From a virus, in IMG/VR virus record IMGVR_UViG_3300049432_000156, positions 1-64,000 of that record: a DNA stretch of 64,000 bases. One strand, written 5' to 3'. Under the pieces are notes generated by a model, which was not told where the DNA came from, did no database searches, and saw only the letters and a list, made by a program, of their open reading frames with translations. This document shows, piece by piece, positions 1-9,481 of the stretch (positions are counted from its first letter, which is position 1; every line of letters starts with the position of its first letter). The translations under genes and the position numbers were made by a program.

Positions 1-69
1 TTCGCTTGCGATGGGCTTCGGCCTGGCTTGTGCGTTCCCCACTGCACGGTTCTCAGTCGCAAGCGAACT

Positions 70-522
70 ATGCTTAGCACGCAAGACGCAAAACGATTCT
101 GGAAGAAGGTGGACATCGGGCCAGATTGCTGGCTGTGGACGGCGGGACAACACAGAGGCTACGGCATTTTCCAATTGAACGGAGAAGCAAGGCGCGCTCA
201 TGTTCTGTCATACGAAGAATTCTTCGGACCAGTTCCGAGCGGCTTTTTAGTCTGCCACGATTGCGACAATCCGCCGTGCGTTTGCCCGGCTCATTTGTTC
301 TTAGGAACACCGGCTGATAATAGTGGCGATATGAAGGACAAAGGCAGAAGCGCTAGAGGCGAAATGCACGGAAGCGCAAAACTCACGGATGATGAAGTGA
401 CTGAGATCAGGCGACGCTATTCCCTGGGCGAGCTTCAAAGAGTTCTCGGAGTGCATTTCGGAATAACTCAGGCGATGGTTAGTTTGATTGTCCGCGGTTC
501 ACACTGGAAGCATCTTCTTTGA
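70..522 (+). CDS. HNH homing endonuclease
   Basis: CWLWTAG...AHVLSY...[24 protein letters not shown] motif; C-terminal HTH-like part; start moved to ATG 70. Confidence 0.9.
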   Translation: MLSTQDAKRFWKKVDIGPDCWLWTAGQHRGYGIFQLNGEARRAHVLSYEEFFGPVPSGFLVCHDCDNPPCVCPAHLFLGTPADNSGDMKDKGRSARGEMHGSAKLTDDEVTEIRRRYSLGELQRVLGVHFGITQAMVSLIVRGSHWKHLL

Positions 523-553
523 AGACAAAAACCACAAACAGAAAGGAACGCAA

Positions 554-961
554 GTGAGTCACTTAACCGTTGCACCGCTGAAGATTTTGGATATCGAAGC
601 GTTGCGCGCTGCCGCCAAAAGTCTTGGCGGACAGCTTGAACAGAGCAAGGTCTTCACCTCGTACACAGGAGATAAGAATCCGTGCGAATACCGGATCACA
701 CTGCCGGGCGTGAACTACCAGGTCGGTGTCATCTACAACGCGAAGGACAAGTCATACTCTTTGAGCCATGACAATTATGGCTATCAAGGTTCCCACCATG
801 ACGGGCATCTCTTGGAAGACAAGTTCGGTCGAGGTCTCGCGAAGCTCACTCAACAATACACTCGTCAGGTGGTTTTATCCAAAGCGCGAAACAGCGGGTG
901 GATGGTCTCAGAGAAACGGCTGGCCGATGGCCGGCTGCAACTTCAAATGGTGAGGGCATAA
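554..961 (+). CDS. DUF1257/Ycf35-like protein
   Basis: MSHLTV..KILDIEALRAAAKSLG N-terminus and KLTQQY..GW.V.E..L.DGRLQL C-terminus; GTG 554 after GAAAGGA. Confidence 0.7.
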   Translation: MSHLTVAPLKILDIEALRAAAKSLGGQLEQSKVFTSYTGDKNPCEYRITLPGVNYQVGVIYNAKDKSYSLSHDNYGYQGSHHDGHLLEDKFGRGLAKLTQQYTRQVVLSKARNSGWMVSEKRLADGRLQLQMVRA

Positions 962-964
962 ACT

Positions 965-1156
965 ATGAGCAAAGAAACGATAGTCGTGACGGTCGGGCTG
1001 AACGGCGAAGTTGAAGTCAGCGCCGAAGGATTCAAGGGCAAAGGGTGTGAGGCTGCAACGAAGTTCATCGAGGAAGCGTTGGGGATGAGCGGCAAGCGAA
1101 AGTTCAAGCCAGAGTATTACGCCACCGAAACCGTGAAGCAGGAGCAGCGAACGTGA
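965..1156 (+). CDS. DUF2997 family protein
   Basis: NGEVEVSAEGFKGKGCEAATKFIEEALG..KPEYY signature; adjacent to DUF1257-like gene. Confidence 0.8.
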   Translation: MSKETIVVTVGLNGEVEVSAEGFKGKGCEAATKFIEEALGMSGKRKFKPEYYATETVKQEQRT

Positions 1157-1341
1157 GCTACATCTACGACCCTGATGATTTCAACGCCTTGTTCGACGCC
1201 GCGCCGAGGGAGCAACTGGCCGATCTCTTGCGCAAGCGCGGCATCTTCACGAATCCGGAATTACCGAAGGAAGACTTGCGCCCTCTGTTCGCGATGGGAT
1301 TCAGCTTCGAGGAATACAGGCAACTGAAAGGAACGACATGA
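1153..1341 (+). CDS. hypothetical protein
   Basis: Start/stop overlaps with both neighbours. Confidence 0.6.
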   Translation: MSYIYDPDDFNALFDAAPREQLADLLRKRGIFTNPELPKEDLRPLFAMGFSFEEYRQLKGTT

Positions 1342-1796
1342 ACCCACAACTCAAATCCATGCTGGACGAACTCGTCGGCAAGGCCAGAGGGATGTTGGAG
1401 CAGCACGGATACCTTCTCCCCGTGTGCTTCATCTTCTCAGACGGCGGCTTCGACATTGTCGGTTGTCCCTGGCACAACGATGAAGAGAAGGAAGTGACGA
1501 TCATCATGCTTCGCGGCATGGCCCGCGAGAAGAACGCGAGCGCGGTTGCGATGCTCGCCGAAGCCTGGCACGCGACTCTGCCGGGCATGAGTCTGGATTC
1601 TTGGGACGGCACGCCGGCAAGCAAGATGAAGAACCGGAGGGAAGTCGTTCAGGTTTACGTCGAGGAACAGGACGGGTACTGGTTCGGTCTTGCGCCCATC
1701 ACGCGGGACAAAGGGCGTCCGACGTTCGCGGAGTTGGAGTGGCATCCACTCCCGGAGAGAAACGTGATTGAGAGATTCCAGAAGATACTTGCGTGA
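1338..1796 (+). CDS. hypothetical protein
   Basis: 152 aa, coupled to neighbours; EAW..REV motif typical of small phage proteins. Confidence 0.75.
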   Translation: MNPQLKSMLDELVGKARGMLEQHGYLLPVCFIFSDGGFDIVGCPWHNDEEKEVTIIMLRGMAREKNASAVAMLAEAWHATLPGMSLDSWDGTPASKMKNRREVVQVYVEEQDGYWFGLAPITRDKGRPTFAELEWHPLPERNVIERFQKILA

Positions 1797-2287
1797 AGCT
1801 CATTGAGTTAACGCGCGGCGAATACGCCATCGTGGATAATCGCGACTACGAAAGACTCAACCAATTCTTTTGGAGAGCGTGCCGTGACGAACGCGGCAAC
1901 ATAAAGAACGTCCAACGGCAAGTGATGTTCGAAGGTAAGAAGAAAGCAGTGCTGATGCACCATGAGATCATAGGTCATCCGCTTCCTGGTCTGGAAGTAG
2001 ATCACAAAAACAGGAACCCGCTGGATAATCGCAGGCGGAATCTTCGTTTCTGCACAAGCCAACTCAACAAGGCCAACAGTAAGAAGCGCAGCACAAACAC
2101 GAGCGGATTCAAAGGTGTGTCGTTCGCAAAGAAAGGTGTCACCAAACCGTGGATAGTTAGGATTCAAGTAGGCGCACGCATCATTAGTGGAGGCTGCTTC
2201 GCCACACGAGAAGATGCGGCTCGAAGATACGATCAGTTGGCTCGACAGTTTCATGGTTCGTTCGCATATCAAAACTTCCCGCAATGA
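1793..2287 (+). CDS. HNH-AP2 homing endonuclease
   Basis: VDHKNRNPLDNRRRNLR (HNH) plus SGFKGVS..W.VRI..G.F...DAARRYD (AP2). Confidence 0.92.
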   Translation: MKLIELTRGEYAIVDNRDYERLNQFFWRACRDERGNIKNVQRQVMFEGKKKAVLMHHEIIGHPLPGLEVDHKNRNPLDNRRRNLRFCTSQLNKANSKKRSTNTSGFKGVSFAKKGVTKPWIVRIQVGARIISGGCFATREDAARRYDQLARQFHGSFAYQNFPQ

Positions 2288-2580
2288 CAATCACAATAGA
2301 GACAGATGGGCGGGTATCATTTATTGGAAACCTTCCATTCGAGATGCCACTACTAGACCCGGTTAAAACACGGGTAAGCCGAATAGAGCCGGAGAGTCGG
2401 CGCAAGTGGATAGCATTCCGAAGTCTCCGAACTGTTTTCGGAGACAGGGGGCGCGCTGCCGATTGGACCAGAACTTGGGCCGGGCCGTGGATCGTGCGCA
2501 TCCTCGCCACCGGTCAGACTCAAACCTTCAACATCCGGGCCGAAGCGATTGCCTGGGAAATCGCAGTGCTGAACCTATGA
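2284..2580 (+). CDS. hypothetical protein
   Basis: ATGA-coupled 98 aa ORF. Confidence 0.65.
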   Translation: MTITIETDGRVSFIGNLPFEMPLLDPVKTRVSRIEPESRRKWIAFRSLRTVFGDRGRAADWTRTWAGPWIVRILATGQTQTFNIRAEAIAWEIAVLNL

Positions 2581-2734
2581 AAAGAAAGAGCGACCTTGCC
2601 TTGGACAAGAATCTTCTGCGCAGTCTTGACTTCATCATTCGGAACCCAGTGCTGGAAACTCCCGAAGACGTTCGCGCGCTCAAACGAATTCGCAACCGAC
2701 TAAAGAAGGCGAAGGCGATCAAGAAAATGACTTT

Positions 2735-3067
2735 GTGAGATTCATCGGCGACATCGATGGCGTCATTCTTGCCGAAGGCGAGGCCGGACAACTTATCCAA
2801 CATACCTTGCGGCAAGCACTCAGTGCGGCGGCGCATTACAAACGCCCAGTGCGTTTTGAAGGAAACGCCGAGACGTTCATCGCATACCCAAACGGTTCTT
2901 ACCGGAGAATCGAACGCGTGGACATCAACGAGCCTTACGGAATCGCGCCCTACGGAATCACGGGCGCGAACGATGAACGGCACGTTGCACCCATTGAAAT
3001 CCCGAAGTCGTTCAGCAAACCAAAGCGAACAATCCCTGTAAATGGAAAGCGCAAACTGATTCTTTGA
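2735..3067 (+). CDS. hypothetical protein
   Basis: GTGA-coupled ORF in operon. Confidence 0.6.
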   Translation: MRFIGDIDGVILAEGEAGQLIQHTLRQALSAAAHYKRPVRFEGNAETFIAYPNGSYRRIERVDINEPYGIAPYGITGANDERHVAPIEIPKSFSKPKRTIPVNGKRKLIL

Positions 3068-3076
3068 AAGGCGCGT

Positions 3077-3469
3077 ATGGCGATACCGCTCAAGAAACTG
3101 ATGGAAAGGAGACAAGTGAAAACAATTTGGAGAGCGTGGACGTTCGCTTCATCCAGCAGTGACTCGACTTATCAGACTTTGCTTTATGCGGACGGCTCGA
3201 CCTCGTGCGATTGCAAAGGGTGGACCAGGCGTGTTGCGGCTGACGGGACTCGGAGTTGCCGGCACACGCGGGCGGTTGACATGGGCCGGGCTGATGAAGA
3301 AGCGATGAGCGTTCACGGTTACGCGCCGATGGCAACCCTGCGATCGGATAAGATTTCCAGCACACCAACGAAACCACAAACCAGAAAGGACACCAGCCAT
3401 GCCCAGAAAACGAAACCAAGCGGAACCGGAAGCCCCACCGGGTACGGGAAGCGACGGATCATCCTCTAA
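3077..3469 (+). CDS. SWIM zinc-finger protein
   Basis: SCDCKGW...SCRH matches CxC-xn-CxH SWIM pattern. Confidence 0.75.
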   Translation: MAIPLKKLMERRQVKTIWRAWTFASSSSDSTYQTLLYADGSTSCDCKGWTRRVAADGTRSCRHTRAVDMGRADEEAMSVHGYAPMATLRSDKISSTPTKPQTRKDTSHAQKTKPSGTGSPTGYGKRRIIL

Positions 3470-5030
3470 CCAGCAACTCACCGCCTACATCAGGTCGGGC
3501 AAAGCAGGCATTTATGTGGTTTCTTACGAGGAGGTCAGAGTGGAGTCAGAATTCAGTAACATCGTCAGGCACCTGGACTCAATCAAGAAGCCCGACGATG
3601 CGGGGTTCGGTCTCTACACTTGGAGCTACACAGCCGGCATCGTCAACGTAACCGATGATCCGCCCACGTCCATTGCCGAGACCGAAGACCCGCTGGCCAT
3701 GCTCGACGCGTTCAACAAGTTGCCAGAACGATCGCTGCTAATCGCCAGAGATTTTCACGCGTTCCTGTCGGACCCGAATCCGAAGCTCGTCCGCATGGTG
3801 AAAGACGCGCTTGCCACAGGGAAGATGTCGAACCGGGTGTTCGTCATCTGCGGTTGTCTCCTGAAAATTCCGCCTGAGTTGGAAAAGGAAATGGCTGTCG
3901 TCGAGTTTAAGTTACCCGACCGCGCGCAACTCCGGGTCGTGCTCGAAGGCATCGCCGCCTCCGCCGGCATACCCATCAACGGCAACACCGATCCCATCCT
4001 GGACGCGGCTTCAGGCTGCACAACTTCGGAAGCGGAAGACGCGTTTGCCTTGTCGGTAGTCCAATGCGGCGACATCAGGGCGGAGATTGTGGCAAGGGAG
4101 AAGAGTGGTACGGTGAAGAAAAACGGGCTGCTCGAAATCGTGGACACCGACTTCAACATCGGAGACATCGGTGGTCTCGAAGTCCTCAAGTCATGGCTCA
4201 CGAAACGGCGGCTGGCGTTTTCCAATGAGGCCAAGGCATACGGGTTGCCGGTTCCCAAAGGGATTTTGGTGACGGGGATTCCGGGTGTCGGAAAAAGCCT
4301 GACGGCGAAAGCATCCGCGAAGATTCTCGGGGTGCCGTTGCTGAAGCTGGACGCTGGGAGAATCTTCGGCAGCCTGGTTGGAGATTCGGAAAAGAATATC
4401 CGCGCGGTGATTCAAACAGCAGAGGCGATTGCTCCATGTGTTTTAATGGTGGATGAAATTGAGAAATCGTTCAGCGGTTCCAAGTCCAGCGGGTCAACTG
4501 ATGGTGGAACTTCGGCGCGTGTTTTTGGAACATTTCTCTCGTGGTTGCAAGACAAAACTTCTCCCGTGTTCGTCTTCGCAACCGCGAACGACATCTCTCA
4601 ACTGCCGCCGGAATTCCTGCGTAAGGGGCGCTTCGATGATTTATGGTTTGCGGACTTGCCGGACACGGAGGAACGCGCTGCTATCTGGCGGCTGCACATC
4701 AACAAGCGCGGGCGCGACGCAGACAAGTTCAACCTGGAAATGCTGGCCGGCAGAACAGATGGATTCACCGGCGCCGAGATTGAAGCGATGGTCAATGAAT
4801 CGTTGTTCGCCTCATTCGAGGACGGACAGAGGGCACTGAATGATGACGACTTGTTGGAAGCGATACGAAACACGGTGCCGCTGTCCCGCACGATGACCCC
4901 GCAGATAGACGCGTTGCGGGCTTGGTCCGTTGGCCGTGCGCGCCGGGCGTCGGCGATCAAGGACACATCGAAGGGGCCCATGGAGAACAACGATCCACAT
5001 TCGATTGAGTGCGCGGCAGTGTTCCTGTGA
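3399..5030 (+). CDS. Ycf46-like AAA+ ATPase
   Basis: IGGLEVLKSWL, Walker A GIPGVGKS, Walker B MVDEIEK, ATAND..LPPEFLRKGRFD, TVPLSRTM. Confidence 0.9.
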   Translation: MPRKRNQAEPEAPPGTGSDGSSSNQQLTAYIRSGKAGIYVVSYEEVRVESEFSNIVRHLDSIKKPDDAGFGLYTWSYTAGIVNVTDDPPTSIAETEDPLAMLDAFNKLPERSLLIARDFHAFLSDPNPKLVRMVKDALATGKMSNRVFVICGCLLKIPPELEKEMAVVEFKLPDRAQLRVVLEGIAASAGIPINGNTDPILDAASGCTTSEAEDAFALSVVQCGDIRAEIVAREKSGTVKKNGLLEIVDTDFNIGDIGGLEVLKSWLTKRRLAFSNEAKAYGLPVPKGILVTGIPGVGKSLTAKASAKILGVPLLKLDAGRIFGSLVGDSEKNIRAVIQTAEAIAPCVLMVDEIEKSFSGSKSSGSTDGGTSARVFGTFLSWLQDKTSPVFVFATANDISQLPPEFLRKGRFDDLWFADLPDTEERAAIWRLHINKRGRDADKFNLEMLAGRTDGFTGAEIEAMVNESLFASFEDGQRALNDDDLLEAIRNTVPLSRTMTPQIDALRAWSVGRARRASAIKDTSKGPMENNDPHSIECAAVFL

Positions 5031-5117
5031 AGAAACCAATCGAACCGGTCTATCGCATGGTCGGACGGCATCGCGGCATCAGGTAATCGCGGAGTTCGTC
5101 GAGGAAGGAGCGAAGAC

Positions 5118-5399
5118 ATGACGAAGTTAACGAAACCCATCGAGCGCGAGACCAACAAACGTTACGGGAACCGTGCTGTCATCGTGACGTTGGCTCCGGC
5201 AGGTTCCCAGAATGAAGCGCTCATCGGACTCAGGCTCAAGGGGACAAGAACTACCTACGTCATCGCGCTGTCCGACGTGTATCGGTACGCCGCTTTGCAA
5301 TATGGCTACAAGGCATCCATCGCGAAACGAAAGGCGCGCAAAGATGGCATTCCCTGGCGGCAAGCGAAGAAGGATTTCATCAAGACCAATTTGATATGA
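5118..5399 (+). CDS. hypothetical basic protein
   Basis: SD GGAG upstream; LRLKGTRTTY motif. Confidence 0.7.
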   Translation: MTKLTKPIERETNKRYGNRAVIVTLAPAGSQNEALIGLRLKGTRTTYVIALSDVYRYAALQYGYKASIAKRKARKDGIPWRQAKKDFIKTNLI

Positions 5400-6304
5400 T
5401 GCGCGGTGTGATTCTAGCAGGCGGCACAGGCTCGCGATTGTTCCCCGCCACGGTTGCCACGTCGAAGCAACTTCTCTCAGTGGCAGGCAAGCCCATGCTT
5501 CTCCATCCACTCTGTACTCTCATGGAGGCTGGCATCCGCGAGGTCTGCGTCATCACCACGGGAGACGAGTCCGGAAGATTCTGCCAGCTTCTAGGCAATG
5601 GGACTCGGTGGGGCATGAAGATAGAGTATCGCGAACAAGATGAACCGCGAGGAATCGCCGATGCTTTCCTTATCGCGGCATCCTTCATCGCCAAAGAACC
5701 GATGGCGCTCATCTTGGGAGACAATCTTTTCCTTGGCGCTCGGGAAGCAATCGGTGATTACTCGGCGGAGCCTTGCTCTTTTCACGGCGCAGCCGCGTTC
5801 ATTACGCGCGTTGCCAACCCGGAACGGTATGGAGTCATCAGCTTCGACCGGCACGACCGGATCGCTGGCATCAAAGAGAAACCAGGGAGGCCAAAGAGTC
5901 GGTATGCAATCACCGGGCTTTACCTCTGCGCGCCGTCCGTGGTGGAGATCGCCCGCGGACTCAAGCCATCGAAGCGGGGCGAACTTGAGATCACGGATGT
6001 TCTTTCGGAATTCAACCGCCGAGGCCAACTGCGCGCGGTCAAGCTCCCGGCCGCCGCCGTGTGGATGGATTGTGGAACACCCACCGATCTAATGGAAGCC
6101 ACCAATCTGATTCACGCGATGGAAAAAAGAACCGGAGAAGTCATCGGATCGCCGGAGGTTGCAGCATGGAAACAGAAATGGATAAATGACGCTCAATTTG
6201 CGGAGTTAGTCCGCGCCATGCCACAATGTTTTTACCGACAACAACTGGAGGCACTATGCGAAAGAAAGAAAAACCAGAACCGAGCAAGTTCAAGCAAGCC
6301 TTGA
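5396..6304 (+). CDS. rfbA: glucose-1-phosphate thymidylyltransferase
   Basis: GVILAGGTGSRLFP..SKQLL, QDEPRGIADAF, LGDNLF, EKP..PKS, SKRGELEITD, WMDCGT. Confidence 0.92.
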   Translation: MMRGVILAGGTGSRLFPATVATSKQLLSVAGKPMLLHPLCTLMEAGIREVCVITTGDESGRFCQLLGNGTRWGMKIEYREQDEPRGIADAFLIAASFIAKEPMALILGDNLFLGAREAIGDYSAEPCSFHGAAAFITRVANPERYGVISFDRHDRIAGIKEKPGRPKSRYAITGLYLCAPSVVEIARGLKPSKRGELEITDVLSEFNRRGQLRAVKLPAAAVWMDCGTPTDLMEATNLIHAMEKRTGEVIGSPEVAAWKQKWINDAQFAELVRAMPQCFYRQQLEALCERKKNQNRASSSKP

Positions 6305-6464
6305 CCATCACGCTGGCAGCGGATGGTTGGGTTATGCCGGAATCCCATGCGCTCAACATCATGGATGAACACGTTCGCCGGCTAGAGCAGGAGATTGAAG
6401 TCCTTACCAAAGGACGTAGCGCCGGCCCGTCGAGGATCAATCCACTTGGAAGGCCGATACCATC

Positions 6465-6740
6465 ATGAACAAGCAACAACTCATCGCCACCGTTGCCGAA
6501 GAACAGCGTGAAAACCTGCCGCCAGATTGGGAGCTTCCGGTTCACCTGGACATGACGAGCTTGTTCGTCGTCATCGGCGGGCTGCAACTGGCCTTGCGCC
6601 ATCCGGAGTTCAGAAAGACTCCATCCGCCAAGTTGGTGCGGAAGATCATTGACCTGCTCATCTCAGGAATCCCGGACAACTGCCCGACCAGCAAAGAACT
6701 GGCAAGGCTTGGAGACAACCCGAAATACGACACCGCTTGA
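6465..6740 (+). CDS. hypothetical protein
   Basis: Coupled ORF with LQLALRHP motif. Confidence 0.65.
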   Translation: MNKQQLIATVAEEQRENLPPDWELPVHLDMTSLFVVIGGLQLALRHPEFRKTPSAKLVRKIIDLLISGIPDNCPTSKELARLGDNPKYDTA

Positions 6741-7441
6741 CCATGAACCCGCCGCCTTTCTGCTCCGTTTTGATCCCGACACGCGGCCGGGTCGCCTCCC
6801 TCCAAGCCGCCATCGAATCCTTCTTGCGGACTGCCGACAACCCATCCGACGTGGAGATCGTCGTCCGCGTCCATGACGATGATCCGCTTTCACTCTCATG
6901 GTGGGCCAAAGAGCGCCTGCCAAACGTCCGCGTTATCATCGGCGACACTGGCGACGGCTACGGTTCCATGCACGAATTCGTCGCCTCCCTGTGCGCCGCC
7001 TCTCGCGGGTCATGGCTCTGGCCGTCTTCAGACGATTGGCGTTCGCTCACCAAAGGCTGGGACACGAAGCTTGCAGCGCGTTGTGCCAACCCGCTCGACA
7101 CGCCATTGGTCCTGTCGTCCACAGTGCCCGGACGCCGACTCTGCATCATCTCTCGCGGTCTATACCACGCGGTAGGCCATATCGGTCTCACCGAACATCA
7201 GGACACTTACCTGTTCGCACTGGCCGACCTCGCTGCCATCCACGAAACCATCGACATTGACATACAGGACGCCGGCCTGCCGGAAGTCGGTCCCAGGGAC
7301 AGGCCAAAGACGTGGGAACAATTCCGCAGCGCAGCCACAGCAAAGCGATTCAACACCGACAAACTCAAGCTCGCCGCTGTCTTGGGTCGCCCCATCGCCA
7401 GCCCTTGGACAACGTCAGATGCGCCGACGGGAATTGCATGA
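6737..7441 (+). CDS. family 2 glycosyltransferase-like protein
   Basis: SVLIPTRGR..EIVVRVHDDD..SDD GT-A pattern. Confidence 0.8.
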   Translation: MTMNPPPFCSVLIPTRGRVASLQAAIESFLRTADNPSDVEIVVRVHDDDPLSLSWWAKERLPNVRVIIGDTGDGYGSMHEFVASLCAASRGSWLWPSSDDWRSLTKGWDTKLAARCANPLDTPLVLSSTVPGRRLCIISRGLYHAVGHIGLTEHQDTYLFALADLAAIHETIDIDIQDAGLPEVGPRDRPKTWEQFRSAATAKRFNTDKLKLAAVLGRPIASPWTTSDAPTGIA

Positions 7442-7719
7442 ACGCAAGATTGGACGCAGCCGGCAGACCATTGCCGCCAACGAAGTGCCCGGACTGCGGT
7501 TGTGAGCTGGATGCCGCGACCGTCTGTGACGAAAACGCCGAAGAGGAAACGGTGCGCCCTTCGCCTGGGGATTTGTCCGTCTGCCTCAAGTGCGGTGCGA
7601 TTCTGCGGTTCACCGAGATCATGACGATTGTTCGCATTCAGCTTGAGGACATCCCAGACGACGATGCCAAGTTTCAAATCCGGCGAGTCCAGCAACACAT
7701 CCGCATGATGAACTTATGA
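7438..7719 (+). CDS. zinc-ribbon protein
   Basis: CPDCG...PGDLSVCLKCG; ATGA coupling. Confidence 0.7.
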   Translation: MNARLDAAGRPLPPTKCPDCGCELDAATVCDENAEEETVRPSPGDLSVCLKCGAILRFTEIMTIVRIQLEDIPDDDAKFQIRRVQQHIRMMNL

Positions 7720-8342
7720 ACCCTGCCGCCTATACCCCGACCGAGCCAAGTGAGTTTATCGGACCAGCCCGCACCATAGCACTCATGCTCGAAGCGAAGG
7801 CTGACGCGTTGCTGGCCGAGAAGAACCCGTCGCCGGTGAAGATGTTGCTTTATGGCCCGCCCGGCGTGGCCAAGACGCGCCTCGTGGAGATGTTCGCCAG
7901 TCGGCTGGCTTGGCATCCGAGCGCCATCGAGTCCATCAACGGACGCAGCGTGACGATTGACACCGTGCGCAGGTGGCAGGAGTCCGCGCGATACATCCCA
8001 ATCGGCGGGCAGTTCGTAATAAAAATCCTCAACGAGATCGACACGGCGCCCTCAGCCAGTCTCGACTTGCTGCTCACGGTTTTTGACGAAGCACCGAAGC
8101 ACAGCGCGTTTCTCTGCACGTCCAACCTTCATCTCATGTCATTGAGTGAAAGGTTCGAGACACGGTTGCAGCAATTTCGAGTTGATGCTCCGAGCACCGA
8201 ACAGATAGCGGGCTTCCTGATGAAGCGCTGGGGATTCAGCGAACGACAGGCGATGGAGATAAGCGTCGGGAGCGGAGGCAACGTGCGGTGTGCTTGCCTT
8301 GATGCTCAGTCCATTCTCGACGTGGAGAGGATCGCAGCGTAA
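7716..8342 (+). CDS. clamp-loader-like AAA+ ATPase
   Basis: P.EFIG, Walker A GPPGVAKT, ILNEID, CTSN, RFETRL, GNVR; RFC/DnaX-like layout. Confidence 0.7.
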   Translation: MNPAAYTPTEPSEFIGPARTIALMLEAKADALLAEKNPSPVKMLLYGPPGVAKTRLVEMFASRLAWHPSAIESINGRSVTIDTVRRWQESARYIPIGGQFVIKILNEIDTAPSASLDLLLTVFDEAPKHSAFLCTSNLHLMSLSERFETRLQQFRVDAPSTEQIAGFLMKRWGFSERQAMEISVGSGGNVRCACLDAQSILDVERIAA

Positions 8343-8346
8343 ATCT

Positions 8347-8550
8347 ATGAAAGTCAATCGTTCACGTTACACATGCCCGATTTGCAGGGAACCATTGTGC
8401 CTCGGTCCAGCCACGAATGACGTGCCAATCTTCCTCTGGTGCGGTACGGGGAGGTGCAAAAACAAGGCAGCGAACAATGGGGCGCACGGCAAGACGGAGG
8501 ACGAAGCTTTCTCCGCTTTGTTGGAGAACATCGACAGGGAAGAATCGTAA
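8347..8550 (+). CDS. small zinc-finger protein (Lar-like)
   Basis: CPIC...WCGTGRC...GKTEDEA. Confidence 0.55.
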   Translation: MKVNRSRYTCPICREPLCLGPATNDVPIFLWCGTGRCKNKAANNGAHGKTEDEAFSALLENIDREES

Positions 8551-8551
8551 G

Positions 8552-8583
8552 AAAAAAGCCCCGCGCTATGCGCAACGCGGGGC
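8552..8583 (-). terminator. intrinsic terminator for minus-strand transcription
   Basis: Stem GCCCCGCG/CGCGGGGC preceded by A6 on + (U6 on -). Confidence 0.6.
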
Positions 8584-8628
8584 CAACCAGAGGATAACCA
8601 ACGAAGAAAGAATACCGAAAGCTACTGA

Positions 8629-9015
8629 ATGAGCAAGCCGAAAGAAAACTCAGACATCACAGTACATTGCGAAACCTGCGGCACCAACTATCTGATTATG
8701 AAACTCGCGGGTCTCAGGGAAAAGATTCCCGACCTGGACCTGAAGACCAATCACTACAAGCACGGTCTCTGCAATGAGTGCGATGAACATCTGAAAGCCG
8801 GGGGCGTGTTCTTTCAGGATCGAGCCGGGCGATGTGTAAAGGTCGGACTTGAAGCAAGCCTGGAAAAAATATCACCGGGCTTTCGTGGCAAAGTCATCTG
8901 CATACCTTCGAAGGCCCTTGACGAACTCATCGCGGCGTGGATGGAGGCCAACCCGAATCCGCCGCCGTCGCCAGAATCCAATTCAGAGTTCGGAGATCAT
9001 CCGCCAAAGACCTAA
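8629..9015 (+). CDS. Cys-rich hypothetical protein
   Basis: CETC...CNEC pairs; TAA falls in the left core of the attC-like site at 9010. Confidence 0.7.
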   Translation: MSKPKENSDITVHCETCGTNYLIMKLAGLREKIPDLDLKTNHYKHGLCNECDEHLKAGGVFFQDRAGRCVKVGLEASLEKISPGFRGKVICIPSKALDELIAAWMEANPNPPPSPESNSEFGDHPPKT

Positions 9016-9099
9016 GACCGCGCTGGAGAGAACGCCGGGAAAGCGCTTCAGTCGTCGCCATCCGTTTTCTCCCCGGCGTCTCTCAGCTTGGATTTAGGT
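9010..9099 (+). repeat. attC-like site with mutated cores
   Basis: ACCTAAg-accgc-GCTGGAGA-gaacgccggg ... cccggcgtc-TCTCAGC-ttgga-tTTAGGT; AAC and GTT each carry one substitution. Confidence 0.7.
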
Positions 9100-9379
9100 G
9101 GATGAGCAACACGTCGATATGAAAACAGCAATTGTGATAATCGAGATACCTTACGGCAAAGACGATGCCATGAGGCACTGGCGGCAGCTTGCAGAGTTCT
9201 ACGCCGATAAAACAAAGTCCAAGCCAGGAATTGAAAGGCTTGCCGAAAATGTGTGGTTGATACCTCTTGATAGTGAATTGCCTCTGTTCGGCACTCTTGT
9301 ACACGGAGTGCGAGAGCATCACTTGAAATGCCGCACCCTGTTTCTTGATGAGAGTGCGCAATGGGTTTCATCCACCTAA
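9098..9379 (+). CDS. gene-cassette ORF, hypothetical
   Basis: Lies exactly between two attC-like sites; TAA is within ACCTAAC; start may be ATG 9119. Confidence 0.7.
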   Translation: MDEQHVDMKTAIVIIEIPYGKDDAMRHWRQLAEFYADKTKSKPGIERLAENVWLIPLDSELPLFGTLVHGVREHHLKCRTLFLDESAQWVSST

Positions 9380-9481
9380 CCAAGCGCTGGAGCCAACGCC
9401 GGGGAGTCACGCGAGTTGAGCCTTGGATTTTCTCTGGTCCAGCGCCAGCGTCCCGGCGTGGCTCAGCTTGGGTCGTTAGTT
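9374..9481 (+). repeat. attC-like site
   Basis: ACCTAAC-caagc-GCTGGAGC-caacgccggg ... cccggcgtg-GCTCAGC-ttgggtc-GTTAGTT; imperfect palindrome with extrahelical bases. Confidence 0.85.
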
